Assembly: GCA_964016885.1 (NCBI GenBank)
Contig: OZ024741.1
Span: forward strand, 415,400,001 to 415,464,000
Direction: 5' to 3'
DNA: 64,000 nucleotides
Source: Eledone cirrhosa
Taxonomy: Eukaryota
Below are positions 12,001 through 26,500 of the stretch, in pieces. The stretch's first letter is position 1, and each line of letters begins with the position of its first letter. Made by a program: the position numbers and the translations under genes. The notes beneath the pieces are model-generated. The model had not been told where the DNA came from. It did no database searches and worked only from the letters and a program-made list of their open reading frames with translations.

Positions 12001-15000
12001 CTCTTAACCCTTTAGTTACCAACCTGGTCAACACTGACCAGCACTATTATCTACAGTTGTCTTAAGCCTTTAGTTAACTGTCTGGTCAACACTGACCAGC
12101 ACTATTATCTACAGTTGTCTTAACCCTTTAGTTACCAGTCTAGTCAACACTGACCAGCACTATTATCTACAGTTGTAACACTTTAGTTACCAACCTGGTC
12201 AACACTTACCAGGACTATTACCTAGAGTTGTCTTAACCCTTTAGTTACCAACCTGGTCAACACTAACCTGGACTATTACCTACAGTTGTGTTAACCCTTT
12301 AGTTACCAACCTGGTCAACACTAACCAGGACTATTACCTACAGTTGTCTTAACACTTTAGTTACCAACCTGGTCAACACTAACCAGGACTATTACCTACA
12401 GTTGTCTTAACCCTTTAGTTACCAACCTGGTCAACACTTACCAGGACTATAACCTATAGTTCTCTTAACCCTTTAGTTACCAGTCTGGTCAACACTGACC
12501 AGCACTATTATCTACAGTTGTCTTAACCCTTTGGTTACCAACCTGGTCAACACTGACCAGCACTATTATCTACAGTTGTCGTAACCCTTTAGTTACCAAC
12601 CTGGTCAACACTGACCAGGACTATTACCTACAGTTGTCCTAACCCTTTAGTTACAAACCTGGTCAACACTAACCAGGACTATTACCTACAGTTGTCTTAA
12701 CCCTTTAGTTACCAGTCTGGTCAACACTAACCAGGACTATTACCTACAGTTGTCTTAACACTTTAGTTACCAATCTGGTCAACACTGACCAGGACTATTA
12801 CCTACAGTTCTCTTAACCCTTTAGTTACCAGCCTGGTCAACACTGACCAGCACTATTATCTACAGTTGTCTTAACCCTTTGGTTACCAACCTGGTCAACA
12901 CTGACCAGCACTATTATGTACAGTTGTCGTAACCCTTTAGTTACCAACCTGGTCAACACTGACCAGGACTATTACCTACAGTTGTCTTAACCCTTTAGTT
13001 ACCAACCTGGTCAACACTGACCAGAACTATTAGCTACAGTTGTCTTAACCCTTTAGTTACCAACCTGGTCAACACTAACCAGGACTATTACCTACAGTTG
13101 TCTTAACCCTTTAGTTACCAACCTGGTCAACACTTACCAGGACTATTACCTACAGTTGTCTTAACCCTTTAGTTACAAACCTTTTCAACAATAACCAGGA
13201 CTATTACCTACAGTTGTCTTAACCCTTTAGTTACCAACCTGGTCAACACTGACCAGAACTATTACCTACAGTTGTCTTAACCCTTTAGTTACTAACCTGG
13301 TCAACACTGACCAGGACTATTACCTACAGTTGTCTTAACCCTTTAGTTCCCAACCTGGTCAACACTTACCAGGACTATTACCTACAGTTGTCTTAACCCT
13401 TTAGTTACCAACCTGGTCAACACTAACCAGGACTATTACCTACAGTTGTCTTAACCCTTTAGTTACCAGTCTGGTCAACACTAACCAGGACTATTACCTA
13501 CAGTTGTCTTAACACTTTAGTTACCAATCTGGTCAACACTGACCAGGACTATTACCTACAGTTCTCTTAACCCTTTAGTTACCAGCCTGGTCAACACTGA
13601 CCAGCACTATTATCTACAGTTGTCTTAACCCTTTGGTTACCAACCTGGTCAACACTGACCAGCACTATTATCTACAGTTGTCGTAACCCTTTAGTTACCA
13701 ACCTGGTCAACACTGACCAGGACTATTACCTACAGTTGTCTTAACCCTTTAGTTACCAACCTGGTCAACACTGACCAGAACTATTAGCTACAGTTGTCTT
13801 AACCCTTTAGTTACCAACCTGGTCAACACTAACCAGGACTATTACCTACAGTTGTCTTAACCCTTTAGTTACCAACCTGGTCAACACTTACCAGGACTAT
13901 TACCTACAGTTGTCTTAACCCTTTAGTTACAAACCTGGTCAACAATAACCAGGACTATTACCTACAGTTGTCTTAACCCTTTAGTTACCAACCTGGTCAA
14001 CACTGACCAGGACTTACCTACAGTTGTCTTAACCCTTTAGTTACTAACCTGGTCAACACTGACCAGGACTATTACCTACAGTTGTCTTAACCCTTTAGTT
14101 ACCAACCTGGTCAACACTTACCAGGACTATTACCTACAGTTGTCTTAACCCTTTAGTTACCAACCTGGTCAACACTAACCAGGACTATTACCTACAGTTG
14201 TCTTAACCCTTTAGTTACCTGTCTGGTCAACACTAACCAGGACTATTACCTAGAGTTGTCTTAACACTTTAGTTACCAATCTGGTCAACACTGACCAGGA
14301 CTATTACCTACAGTTCTCTTAACCCTTTAGTTACCAGCCTGGTCAACACTGACCAGCACTATTATCTACAGTTGTCTTAACCCTTTGGTTACCAACCTGG
14401 TCAACACTGACCAGCACTATTATCTACAGTTGTCGTAACCCTTTAGTTACCAACCTGGTCAACACTGACCAGGACTATTACCTACAGTTGTCTTAACCCT
14501 TTAGTTACTAACCTGGTCAACACTGACCAGGACTATTACCTACAGTTGTCTTAACCCTTTAGTTACCAACCTGGTCAACACTTACCAGGACTATTACCTA
14601 CAGTTGTCTTAACCCTTTAGTTACCAACCTGGTCAACACTAACCAGGACTATTACCTACACTTGTCTTAACCCTTTAGTTACCAGTCTGGTCAACACTAA
14701 CCAGGACTATTACCTACAGTTGTCTTAACACTTTAGTTACCAATCTGGTCAACACTGACCAGGACTATTACCTACAGTTCTCTTAACCCTTTAGTTACCA
14801 GCCTGGTCAACACTGACCAGCACTATTATCTACAGTTGTCTTAACCCTTTGGTTACCAACCTGGTCAACACTGACCAGGACTATTACCTACAGTTGTCGT
14901 AACCCTTTAGTTACCAACCTGGTCAACACTGACCAGGACTATTACCTACAGTTGTCTTAACCCTTTAGTTACCAACCTGGTCAACACTGACTAGAACTAT

Positions 15001-15479
15001 TAGCTACAGTTGTCTTAACCCTTTAGTTACCAACCTGGTCAACACTAACCAGGACTATTACCTACAGTTGTCTTAACCCTTTAGTTACCAACCTGGTCAA
15101 CACTTACCAGGACTATTACCTACAGTTGTCTTAACCCTTTAGTTACCAACCTGGTCAACACTGACCAGGACTATTACCTACAGTTGTCTTAACCCTTTAG
15201 TTACTAACCTGGTCAACACTGACCAGGACTATTACCTAGAGTTGTCCTAACCCTTTAGTTACCAATCTGGTCAACACTAACCAGGACTATTATCTACAGT
15301 TGTCTTAACCCTTTAGTTACCAACCTGGTCAACACTTACCAGGACTATTACCTACAGTTGTCTTAACCCTTTAGTTACCAACCTGGTCAACACTAACCAG
15401 GACTATTACCTACAGTTGTCTTAACCCTTTAGTTACCAGTCTGGTCAACACTAACCAGGACTATTACCTACAGTTGTCT

Positions 15480-17570
15480 TAACACTTTAGTTACCAATCT
15501 GGTCAACACTGACCAGGACTATTACCTACAGTTCTCTTAACCCTTTAGTTACCAGCCTGGTCAACACTGACCAGCACTATTATCTACAGTTGTCTTAACC
15601 CTTTGGTTACCAACCTGGTCAACACTGACCAGCACTATTATGTACAGTTGTCGTAACCCTTTAGTTACCAACCTGGTCAACACTGACCGGGACTATTACC
15701 TACAGTTGTCTTAACCCTTTAGTTACCAACCTGGTCAACACTGACCAGAACTATTAGCTACAGTTGTCTTAACCCTTTAGTTACCAACCTGGTCAACACT
15801 AACCAGGACTATTACCTACAGTTGTCTTAACCCTTTAGTTACCAACCTGGTCAACACTTACCAGGACTATTACCTACAGTTGTCTTAACCCTTTAGTTAC
15901 AAACCTGGTCAACAATAACCAGGACTATTACCTACAGTTGTCTTAACCCTTTAGTTACCAACCTGGTCAACACTGACCAGGACTATTACCTACAGTTGTC
16001 TTAACCCTTTAGTTACTAACCTGGTCAACACTGACCAGGACTATTACCTACAGTTGTCTTAACGCTTTAGTTACCAACCTGGTCAACACTTACCAGGACT
16101 ATTACCTACAGTTGTCTTAACCCTTTAGTTACCAACCTGGTCAACACTAACCAGGACTATTACCTACAGTTGTCTTAACCCTTTAGTTACCAACCTGGTC
16201 AACACTGACCAGGACTATTACCTACAGTTGTCTTAACCCTTTAGTTACTAACCTGGTCAACACTGACCAGCACTATTATCTACAGTTGTCGTAACACTTT
16301 AGTTACCAACCTGGTCAACACTTACCAGGACTATTACCTACAGTTGTCTTAACACTTTAGTTACCAACCTGGTCAACACTTACCAGGACTATTACCTACA
16401 GTTGTCTTATCCCTTTAGTTACCAACCTGGTCAACACTGACCAGGACTATTACCTACAGTTGTCTTAACCCTTTAGTTACCAACCTGGTCAACACTGACC
16501 AGGACTATTACCTACAGTTGTCTTAACACTTTAGTTACCAATCTGGTCAACACTGACCAGGACTATTACCTACAGTTCTCTTAACCCTTTAGTTACCAGC
16601 CTGGTCAACACTGACCAGCACTATTATCTACAGTTGTCTTAACCCTTTGGTTACCAACCTGGTCAACACTGACCAGCACTATTATGTACAGTTGTCGTAA
16701 CCCTTTAGTTACCAACCTGGTCAACACTGACCGGGACTATTACCTACAGTTGTCTTAACCCTTTAGTTACCAACCTGGTCAACACTGACCAGAACTATTA
16801 GCTACAGTTGTCTTAACCCTTTAGTTACCAACCTGGTCAACACTAACCAGGACTATTACCTACAGTTGTCTTAACCCTTTAGTTACCAACCTGGTCAACA
16901 CTTACCAGGACTATTACCTACAGTTGTCTTAACCCTTTAGTTACAAACCTGGTCAACAATAACCAGGACTATTACCTACAGTTGTCTTAACCCTTTAGTT
17001 ACCAACCTGGTCAACACTGACCAGGACTATTACCTACAGTTGTCTTAACCCTTTAGTTACTAACCTGGTCAACACTGACCAGGACTATTACCTACAGTTG
17101 TCTTAACGCTTTAGTTACCAACCTGGTCAACACTTACCAGGACTATTACCTACAGTTGTCTTAACCCTTTAGTTACCAACCTGGTCAACACTAACCAGGA
17201 CTATTACCTACAGTTGTCTTAACCCTTTAGTTACCAACCTGGTCAACACTGACCAGGACTATTACCTACAGTTGTCTTAACCCTTTAGTTACTAACCTGG
17301 TCAACACTGACCAGCACTATTATCTACAGTTGTCGTAACACTTTAGTTACCAACCTGGTCAACACTTACCAGGACTATTACCTACAGTTGTCTTAACACT
17401 TTAGTTACCAACCTGGTCAACACTTACCAGGACTATTACCTACAGTTGTCTTATCCCTTTAGTTACCAACCTGGTCAACACTGACCAGGACTATTACCTA
17501 CAGTTGTCTTAACCCTTTAGTTACCAACCTGGTCAACACTGACCAGGACTATTACCTACAGTTGTCTTAA
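15480..17570. repeat. Tandem duplication with period 1,044 bp (18 monomers)
   Basis: CCGGGAC 15687/16731, AACGCTTT 16061/17105, TTATCCC 16407/17451, all 1,044 apart. Boundaries approximate. Confidence 0.9.
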
Positions 17571-20500
17571 ACCTTTAGTTTCCAACCTGGTCAACACTGA
17601 CCAGGAATATTACCTGCAGTTGTCTTAACCCTTTAGTTACCAACCTGGTCAACACTGACCAGGACTATTGCCTAAAGTTGTCTTAACCCTTTAGTTAAGT
17701 TACCAACCTGGTCAATAGTGACCATAACTATTACCTACAGTTGTCTTAACCCTTTAGTTACCAACCTGGTCAACACTGACCAGGACTATTACCTACAGTT
17801 GTCTTGACTCTTTAGTTTCCAACCTGGTCAACACTGACCAGGACTATTACCTTCAGTTGTCTTAACCCTTTAGTTACCAGTCTGGTCAACCCTGACCAGC
17901 ACTATTATCTACAGTTGTCTTAACCCTTTAGTTACCACTCTGGTCAACACTGACCAGCACTATTATCTACAGTTGTCTTGACCCTTTAGTTACCAGTCTG
18001 GTCAACACTGACCAGGACTATTACCTACAGTTGTCGTAACACTTTAGTTATCAACCTAGTCAACACTAACCAGGACTATTATCTACAGTTGTCGTAACAC
18101 TTTAGTTACCAAACTGGTCAACACTTACCATGACTATTACCTACAGTTGTCTTAACACTTTAGTTACCAGCCTGGTCAACACTTACCAGGACTATTACCT
18201 ACAGTTGTCTTAACCCTTTAGTTACCAACCTAGTCAACACTAACCAGGACTATTAACTACAGTTGTCTTGACCCTTTAGTTACCAACCTGGTCAACATTG
18301 ACCAGGACTATTACCTACAGTTGTCTTAACCCTTTAGTTACCAACCTGGTCAACACTGACCAGGACTATTACCTACAGTTGTCTTAACCCTTTAGTTACC
18401 AACCTGGTCAACACTAACCAGGAATATTATCTACAGTTGTGTTAACCCTTTAGTTACCAACCTGGTCAACACTAACCAGGACTATTACCTACAGTTGTCT
18501 TAAACCTTTAGTTTCCAACCTGGTCAACACAGACCAGGACTATTACCTACAGTTGTCTTAACCCTTTAGTTACCAACCCAGTCAACACTAACCAGGACGA
18601 TTACCTACAGTTCTCTTAACCCTTTAGTTACCAACCTGGTCAACACTTACCAGCACTATTATCTACAGTTGTCTTAAGCCTTTAGTTAACAGTCTGGTCA
18701 ACACTGACCAGCACTATTATCTACAGTTGTCTTAACCCTTTAGTTACCAGTCTAGTCAACACTGACCAGCACTATTATCTACAGTTGTCGTAACACTTTA
18801 GTTACCAACCTGGTCAACACTTACCAGGACTATTACCTACAGTTGATGTAACCCTTTAGTTACCAACCTGGTCAACACTAACCAGGACTATTACCTACAG
18901 TTGTCTTAACCCTTTAAATTCCAACCTGGTCAACACTGACCAGGACTATTGCCTACAGTTGTCTTAACCCTTTAGTTACCAACCTGGTCAACACTGACCA
19001 GGACTATTGCCTACATTTGTCTTAACCCTTTAGTTACCAACCTGGTCAACACTGACCAGAACTATTGCCTACAGTTGTCTTAACCCTTTAGTTACCAACC
19101 TGGTCAACACTGACCAGGACTATTACCTACAGTTGTCTTAACCCTTTAGTTACCAACCTGGTCAACACTGACCAGGACTATTACCTACAGTTCTCTTAAC
19201 CCTTTAGTTACCAGTCTGGTCAACACTGACCAGCACTATTATCTACAGTTGTCTTAACCCTTTAGTTACCAACCTGGTCAACATTTACCAGGACTATTAC
19301 CTACAGTTGTCTTAACCCTTTAGTTACCAACCTGGTCAACACTGACCAGGACTATTACCTACAGTTGTCTTAACCCTTTAGTTACCAACCTGGTCAACAC
19401 TTACCAGGACTATTACCTACAGTTGTCTTAACCCTTTAGTTACCAACCTGGTCAACACTAACCAGGACTATTACCTACAGGTGTCTTAACCCTTTAGTTA
19501 CCAACCTGGTCAACACTAACCAGGACTATTACCTACAGTTGTCTTAACCCTTTAGTTACCAACCTGGTCAACACTTACCAGGACTATTACCTACAGTTGT
19601 CTTAACCCTTTAGTTACAAACCTGGTCAATAATAACCAGGACTATTACCTACAGTTGTCTTAACCCTTTAGTTACCAACCTGGTCAAGACTGACCAGGAC
19701 TATTACCTACAGTTGTCTTAACCCTTTAGTTACTAACCTGGTCAACACTGACCAGGACTATTACCTACAGTTGTCCTAACCCTTTAGTTACCAATCTGGT
19801 CAACACTAACCAGGACTATTATCTACAGTTGTCTTAACCCTTTAGTTACCAACCTGGTCAAAACTTACCAGGACTATTACCTACAGTTGTCTTAACCCTT
19901 TAGTTACCAACCTGGTCAACACTAACCAGGACTATTACCTACAGTTGTCTTAACCCTTTAGTTACCAGTCTGGTCAACACTAACCAGGACTATTACCTAC
20001 AGTTGTCTTAACACTTTAGTTACCAATCTGGTCAACACTGACCAGGACTATTACCTACAGTTCTCTTAACCCTTTAGTTACCAGCCTGGTCAACACTGAC
20101 CAGCACTATTATCTACAGTTGTCTTAACCCTTTGGTTACCAACCTGGTCAACACTGACCAGCACTATTATGTACAGTTGTCGTAACCCTTTAGTTACCAA
20201 CCTGGTCAACACTGACCAGGACTATTACCTACAGTTGTCTTAACCCTTTAGTTACCAACCTGGTCAACACTGACCAGAACTATTAGCTACAGTTGTCTTA
20301 ACCCTTTAGTTACCAACCTGGTCAACACTAACCAGGACTATTACCTACAGTTGTCTTAACCCTTTAGTTACCAACCTGGTCAACACTTACCAGGACTATT
20401 ACCTACAGTTGTCTTAACCCTTTAGTTACAAACCTTTTCAACAATAACCAGGACTATTACCTACAGTTGTCTTAACCCTTTAGTTACCAACCTGGTCAAC

Positions 20501-23500
20501 ACTGACCAGAACTATTACCTACAGTTGTCTTAACCCTTTAGTTACTAACCTGGTCAACACTGACCAGGACTATTACCTACAGTTGTCTTAACCCTTTAGT
20601 TCCCAACCTGGTCAACACTTACCAGGACTATTACCTACAGTTGTCTTAACCCTTTAGTTACCAACCTGGTCAACACTAACCAGGACTATTACCTACAGTT
20701 GTCTTAACCCTTTAGTTACCAGTCTGGTCAACACTAACCAGGACTATTACCTACAGTTGTCTTAACACTTTAGTTACCAATCTGGTCAACACTGACCAGG
20801 ACTATTACCTACAGTTCTCTTAACCCTTTAGTTACCAGCCTGGTCAACACTGACCAGCACTATTATCTACAGTTGTCTTAACCCTTTGGTTACCAACCTG
20901 GTCAACACTGACCAGCACTATTATCTACAGTTGTCGTAACCCTTTAGTTACCAACCTGGTCAACACTGACCAGGACTATTACCTACAGTTGTCTTAACCC
21001 TTTAGTTACCAACCTGGTCAACACTGACCAGAACTATTAGCTACAGTTGTCTTAACCCTTTAGTTACCAACCTAGTCAACACTAACCAGGACTATTACCT
21101 ACAGTTGTCTTAACCCTTTAGTTACCAACCTGGTCAACACTTACCAGGACTATTACCTACAGTTGTCTTAACCCTTTAGTTACAAACCTGGTCAACAATA
21201 ACCAGGACTATTACCTACAGTTGTCTTAACCCTTTAGTTACCAACCTGGTCAACACTGACCAGGACTTACCTACAGTTGTCTTAACCCTTTAGTTACTAA
21301 CCTGGTCAACACTGACCAGGACTATTACCTACAGTTGTCTTAACCCTTTAGTTACCAACCTGGTCAACACTTACCAGGACTATTACCTACAGTTGTCTTA
21401 ACCCTTTAGTTACCAACCTGGTCAACACTAACCAGGACTATTACCTACAGTTGTCTTAACCCTTTAGTTACCTGTCTGGTCAACACTAACCAGGACTATT
21501 ACCTAGAGATGTCTTAACACTTTAGTTACCAATCTGGTCAACACTGACCAGGACTATTACCTACAGTTCTCTTAACCCTTTAGTTACCAGCCTGGTCAAC
21601 ACTGACCAGCACTATTATCTACAGTTGTCTTAACCCTTTGGTTACCAACCTGGTCAACACTGACCAGCACTATTATCTACAATTGTCGTAACCCTTTAGT
21701 TACCAACCTGGTCAACACTGACCAGGACTATTACCTACAGTTGTCTTAACCCTTTAGTTACCAACCTGGTCAACACTAACCAGGACTATTACCTACAGTT
21801 GTCTTAACCCTTTAGTTACCAACCTGGTCAACACTTACCAGGACTATTACCTACTGTTGTCTTAACCCTTTAGTTACAAACCTGGTCAACAATAACCAGG
21901 ACTATTACCTACAGTTGTCTTAACCCTTTAGTTACCAACCTGGTCAACACTGACCAGGACTATTACCTACAGTTGTCTTAACCCTTTAGTTACTAACCTG
22001 GTCAACACTGACCAGGACTATTACCTACAGTTGTCCTAACCCTTTAGTTACCAATCTGGTCAACACTAGCCAGGACTATTATCTACAGTTGTCTTAACCC
22101 TTTAGTTACCAACCTGGTCAACACTTACCAGGACTATTACCTACAGTTGTCTTAACCCTTTAGTTACCAACCTGGTCAACACTTACCAGGACTATTACCT
22201 ACAGTTGTCTTAACCCTTTAGTTACAAACCTGGTCAACACTGACCAGGACTATTACCTACAGGTGTCTTAACCCTTTAGTTACTAACCTGGTCAACACTG
22301 ACCAGGACTATTACCTACAGTTGTCCTAACCCTTTAGTTACCAATCTGGTCAACACTAACCAGGACTATTATCTACAGTTGTCTTAACCCTTTAGTTACC
22401 AACCTGGTCAACACTTACCAGGACTATTACCTACAGTTGCCTTAACCCTTTAGTTACCAACCTGGTCAACACTAACCAGGACTATTACCTACAGTTGTCT
22501 TAATCCTTTAGTTACCAGTCTGGTCAACACTAACTAGGACTATTACCTACAGTTGTCTTAACAATTTAGTTACCAATCTGGTCAACACTGACCAGGACTA
22601 TTACCTACAGTTCTCTTAACCCTTTAGTTACCAGCCCGGTCAACACTGACCAGCACTATTATCTACAGTTGTCTTAACCCTTTGGTTACCAACCTGGTCA
22701 ACACTGACCAGCACTATTATGTACAGTTGTCTTAACCCTTTAGTTACCAACCTGGTCAACACTGACCAGGACTATTACCTACAGTTGTCTTAACCCTTTA
22801 GTTACCAACCTGCTCAACACTGACCAGAACTATTAGCTACAGTTGTCTTAACCCTTTAGTTCCCAACCTGGTCAACACTTACCAGGACTATTACCTACAG
22901 TTGTCTTAACCCTTTAGTTACCAACCTGGTCAACACTAACCAGGACTATTACCTACAGTTGTCTTAACCCTTTAGTTACCAGTCTGGTCAACACTAACCA
23001 GGACTATTACCTACAGTTGTCTTAACACTTTAGTTACCAATCTGGTCAACACTGACCAGGACTATTACCTACAGTTCTCTTAACCCTTTAGTTACCAGCC
23101 TGGTCAACACTGACCAGCACTATTATCTACAGTTGTCTTAACCCTTTGGTTACCAACCTGGTCAACACTGACCAGCACTATTATCTACAGTTGTCGTAAC
23201 CCTTTAGTTACCAACCTGGTCAACACTGACCAGGACTATTACCTACAGTTGTCTTAACCCTTTAGTTACCAACCTGGTCAACACTGACCAGAACTATTAG
23301 CTACAGTTGTCTTAACCCTTTAGTTACCAACCTGGTCAACACTAACCAGGACTATTACCTACAGTTGTCTTAACCCTTTAGTTACCAACCTGGTCAACAC
23401 TTACCAGGACTATTACCTACAGTTGTCTTAACCCTTTAGTTACAAACCTGGTCAACAATAACCAGGACTATTACCTACAGTTGTCTTAACCCTTTAGTTA

Positions 23501-26500
23501 CTAACCTGGTCAACACTGACCAGGTCTATTACCTACAGTTGTCTTAACCCTTTAGTTACCAACCTGGTCAACACTTACCAGGACTATTACCTACAGTTGT
23601 CTTAACCCTTTAGTTACCAACCTGGTCAACACTAACCAGGACTATTACCTACAGTTGTCTTAACCCTTTAGTTACCTGTCTGGTCAACACTAACCAGGAC
23701 TATTACCTAGAGTTGTCTTAACACTTTAGTTACCAATCTGGTCAACACTGACCAGGACTATTACCTACAGTTCTCTTAACCCTTTAGTTACCAGCCTGGT
23801 CAACACTGACCAGCACTATTATCTACAGTTGTCTTAACCCTTTGGTTACCAACCTGGTCAACACTGACCAGCACTATTATCTACAGTTGTCGTAACCCTT
23901 TAGTTACCAACCTGGTCAACACTGACCAGGACTATTACCTACAGTTGTCTTAACCCTTTAGTTACTAACCTGGTCAACACTGACCAGGACTATTACCTAC
24001 AGTTGTCTTAACCCTTTAGTTACCAACCTGGTCAACACTTACCAGGACTATTACCTACAGTTGTCTTAACCCTTTAGTTACCAACCTGGTCAACACTAAC
24101 CAGGACTATTACCTACACTTGTCTTAACCCTTTAGTTACCAGTCTGGTCAACACTAACCAGGACTATTACCTACAGTTGTCTTAACACTTTAGTTACCAA
24201 TCTGGTCAACACTGACCAGGACTATTACCTACAGTTCTCTTAACCCTTTAGTTACCAGCCTGGTCAACACTGACCAGCACTATTATCTACAGTTGTCTTA
24301 ACCCTTTGGTTACCAACCTGGTCAACACTGACCAGCACTATTATCTACAGTTGTCGTAACCCTTTAGTTACCAACCTGGTCAACACTGACCAGGACTATT
24401 ACCTACAGTTGTCTTAACCCTTTAGTTACCAACCTGGTCAACACTGACTAGAACTATTAGCTACAGTTGTCTTAACCCTTTAGTTACCAACCTGGTCAAC
24501 ACTAACCAGGACTATTACCTACAGTTGTCTTAACCCTTTAGTTACCAACCTGGTCAACACTTACCAGGACTATTACCTACAGTTGTCTTAACCCTTTAGT
24601 TACAAACCTGGTCAACAATAACCAGGACTATTACCTACAGTTGTCTTAACCCTTTAGTTACCAACCTGGTCAACACTGACCAGGACTATTACCTACAGTT
24701 GTCTTAACCCTTTAGTTACTAACCTGGTCAACACTGACCAGGACTATTACCTAGAGTTGTCCTAACCCTTTAGTTACCAATCTGGTCAACACTAACCAGG
24801 ACTATTATCTACAGTTGTCTTAACCCTTTAGTTACCAACCTGGTCAACACTTACCAGGACTATTACCTACAGTTGTCTTAACCCTTTAGTTACCAACCTG
24901 GTCAACACTAACCAGGACTATTACCTACAGTTGTCTTAACCCTTTAGTTACCAGTCTGGTCAACACTAACCAGGACTATTACCTACAGTTGTCTTAACAC
25001 TTTAGTTACCAATCTGGTCAACACTGACCAGGACTATTACCTACAGTTCTCTTAACCCTTTAGTTACCAGCCTGGTCAACACTGACCAGCACTATTATCT
25101 ACAGTTGTCTTAACCCTTTGGTTCCCAACCTGGTCAACACTGACCAGCACTATTATGTACAGTTGTCGTAACCCTTTAGTTACCAACCTGGTCAACACTG
25201 ACCGGGACTATTACCTACAGTTGTCTTAACCCTTTAGTTACCAACCTGGTCAACACTAACCAGAACTATTAGCTACAGTTGTCTTAACCCTTTAGTTACC
25301 AACCTGGTCAACACTAACCAGGACTATTACCTACAGTTGTCTTAACCCTTTAGTTACCAACCTGGTCAACACTTACCAGGACTATTACCTACAGTTGTCT
25401 TAACCCTTTAGTTACAAACCTGGTCAACAATAACCAGGACTATTACCTACAGTTGTCTTAACCCTTTAGTTACCAACCTGGTCAACACTGACCAGGACTA
25501 TTACCTACAGTTGTCTTAACCCTTTAGTTACTAACCTGGTCAACACTGACCAGGACTATTACCTACAGTTGTCTTAACGCTTTAGTTACCAACCTGGTCA
25601 ACACTTACCAGGACTATTACCTACAGTTGTCTTAACCCTTTAGTTACCAACCTGGTCAACACTAACCAGGACTATTACCTACAGTTGTCTTAACCCTTTA
25701 GTTACCAACCTGGTCAACACTGACCAGGACTATTACCTACAGTTGTCTTAACCCTTTAGTTACTAACCTGGTCAACACTGACCAGCACTATTATCTACAG
25801 TTGTCGTAACACTTTAGTTACCAACCTGGTCAACACTTACCAGGACTATTACCTACAGTTGTCTTAACACTTTAGTTACCAACCTGGTCAACACTTACCA
25901 GGACTATTACCTACAGTTGTCTTATCCCTTTAGTTACCAACCTGGTCAACACTGACCAGGACTATTACCTACAGTTGTCTTAACCCTTTAGTTACCAACC
26001 TGGTCAACACTGACCAGGACTATTACCTACAGTTGTCTTAAACCTTTAGTTTCCAACCTGGTCAACACTGACCAGGAATATTACCTGCAGTTGTCTTAAC
26101 CCTTTAGTTACCAACCTGGTCAACACTGACCAGGACTATTGCCTAAAGTTGTCTTAACCCTTTAGTTAAGTTACCAACCTGGTCAATAGTGACCAGAACT
26201 ATTACCTACAGTTGTCTTAACCCTTTAGTTACCAACCTGGTCAACACTGACCAGGACTATTACCTACAGTTGTCTTGACTCTTTAGTTTCCAACCTGGTC
26301 AACACTGACCAGGACTATTACCTTCAGTTGTCTTAACCCTTTAGTTACCAGTCTGGTCAACCCTGACCAGCACTATTATCTACAGTTGTCTTAACCCTTT
26401 AGTTACCACTCTGGTCAACACTGACCAGCACTATTATCTACAGTTGTCTTGACCCTTTAGTTACCAGTCTGGTCAACACTGACCAGGACTATTACCTACA

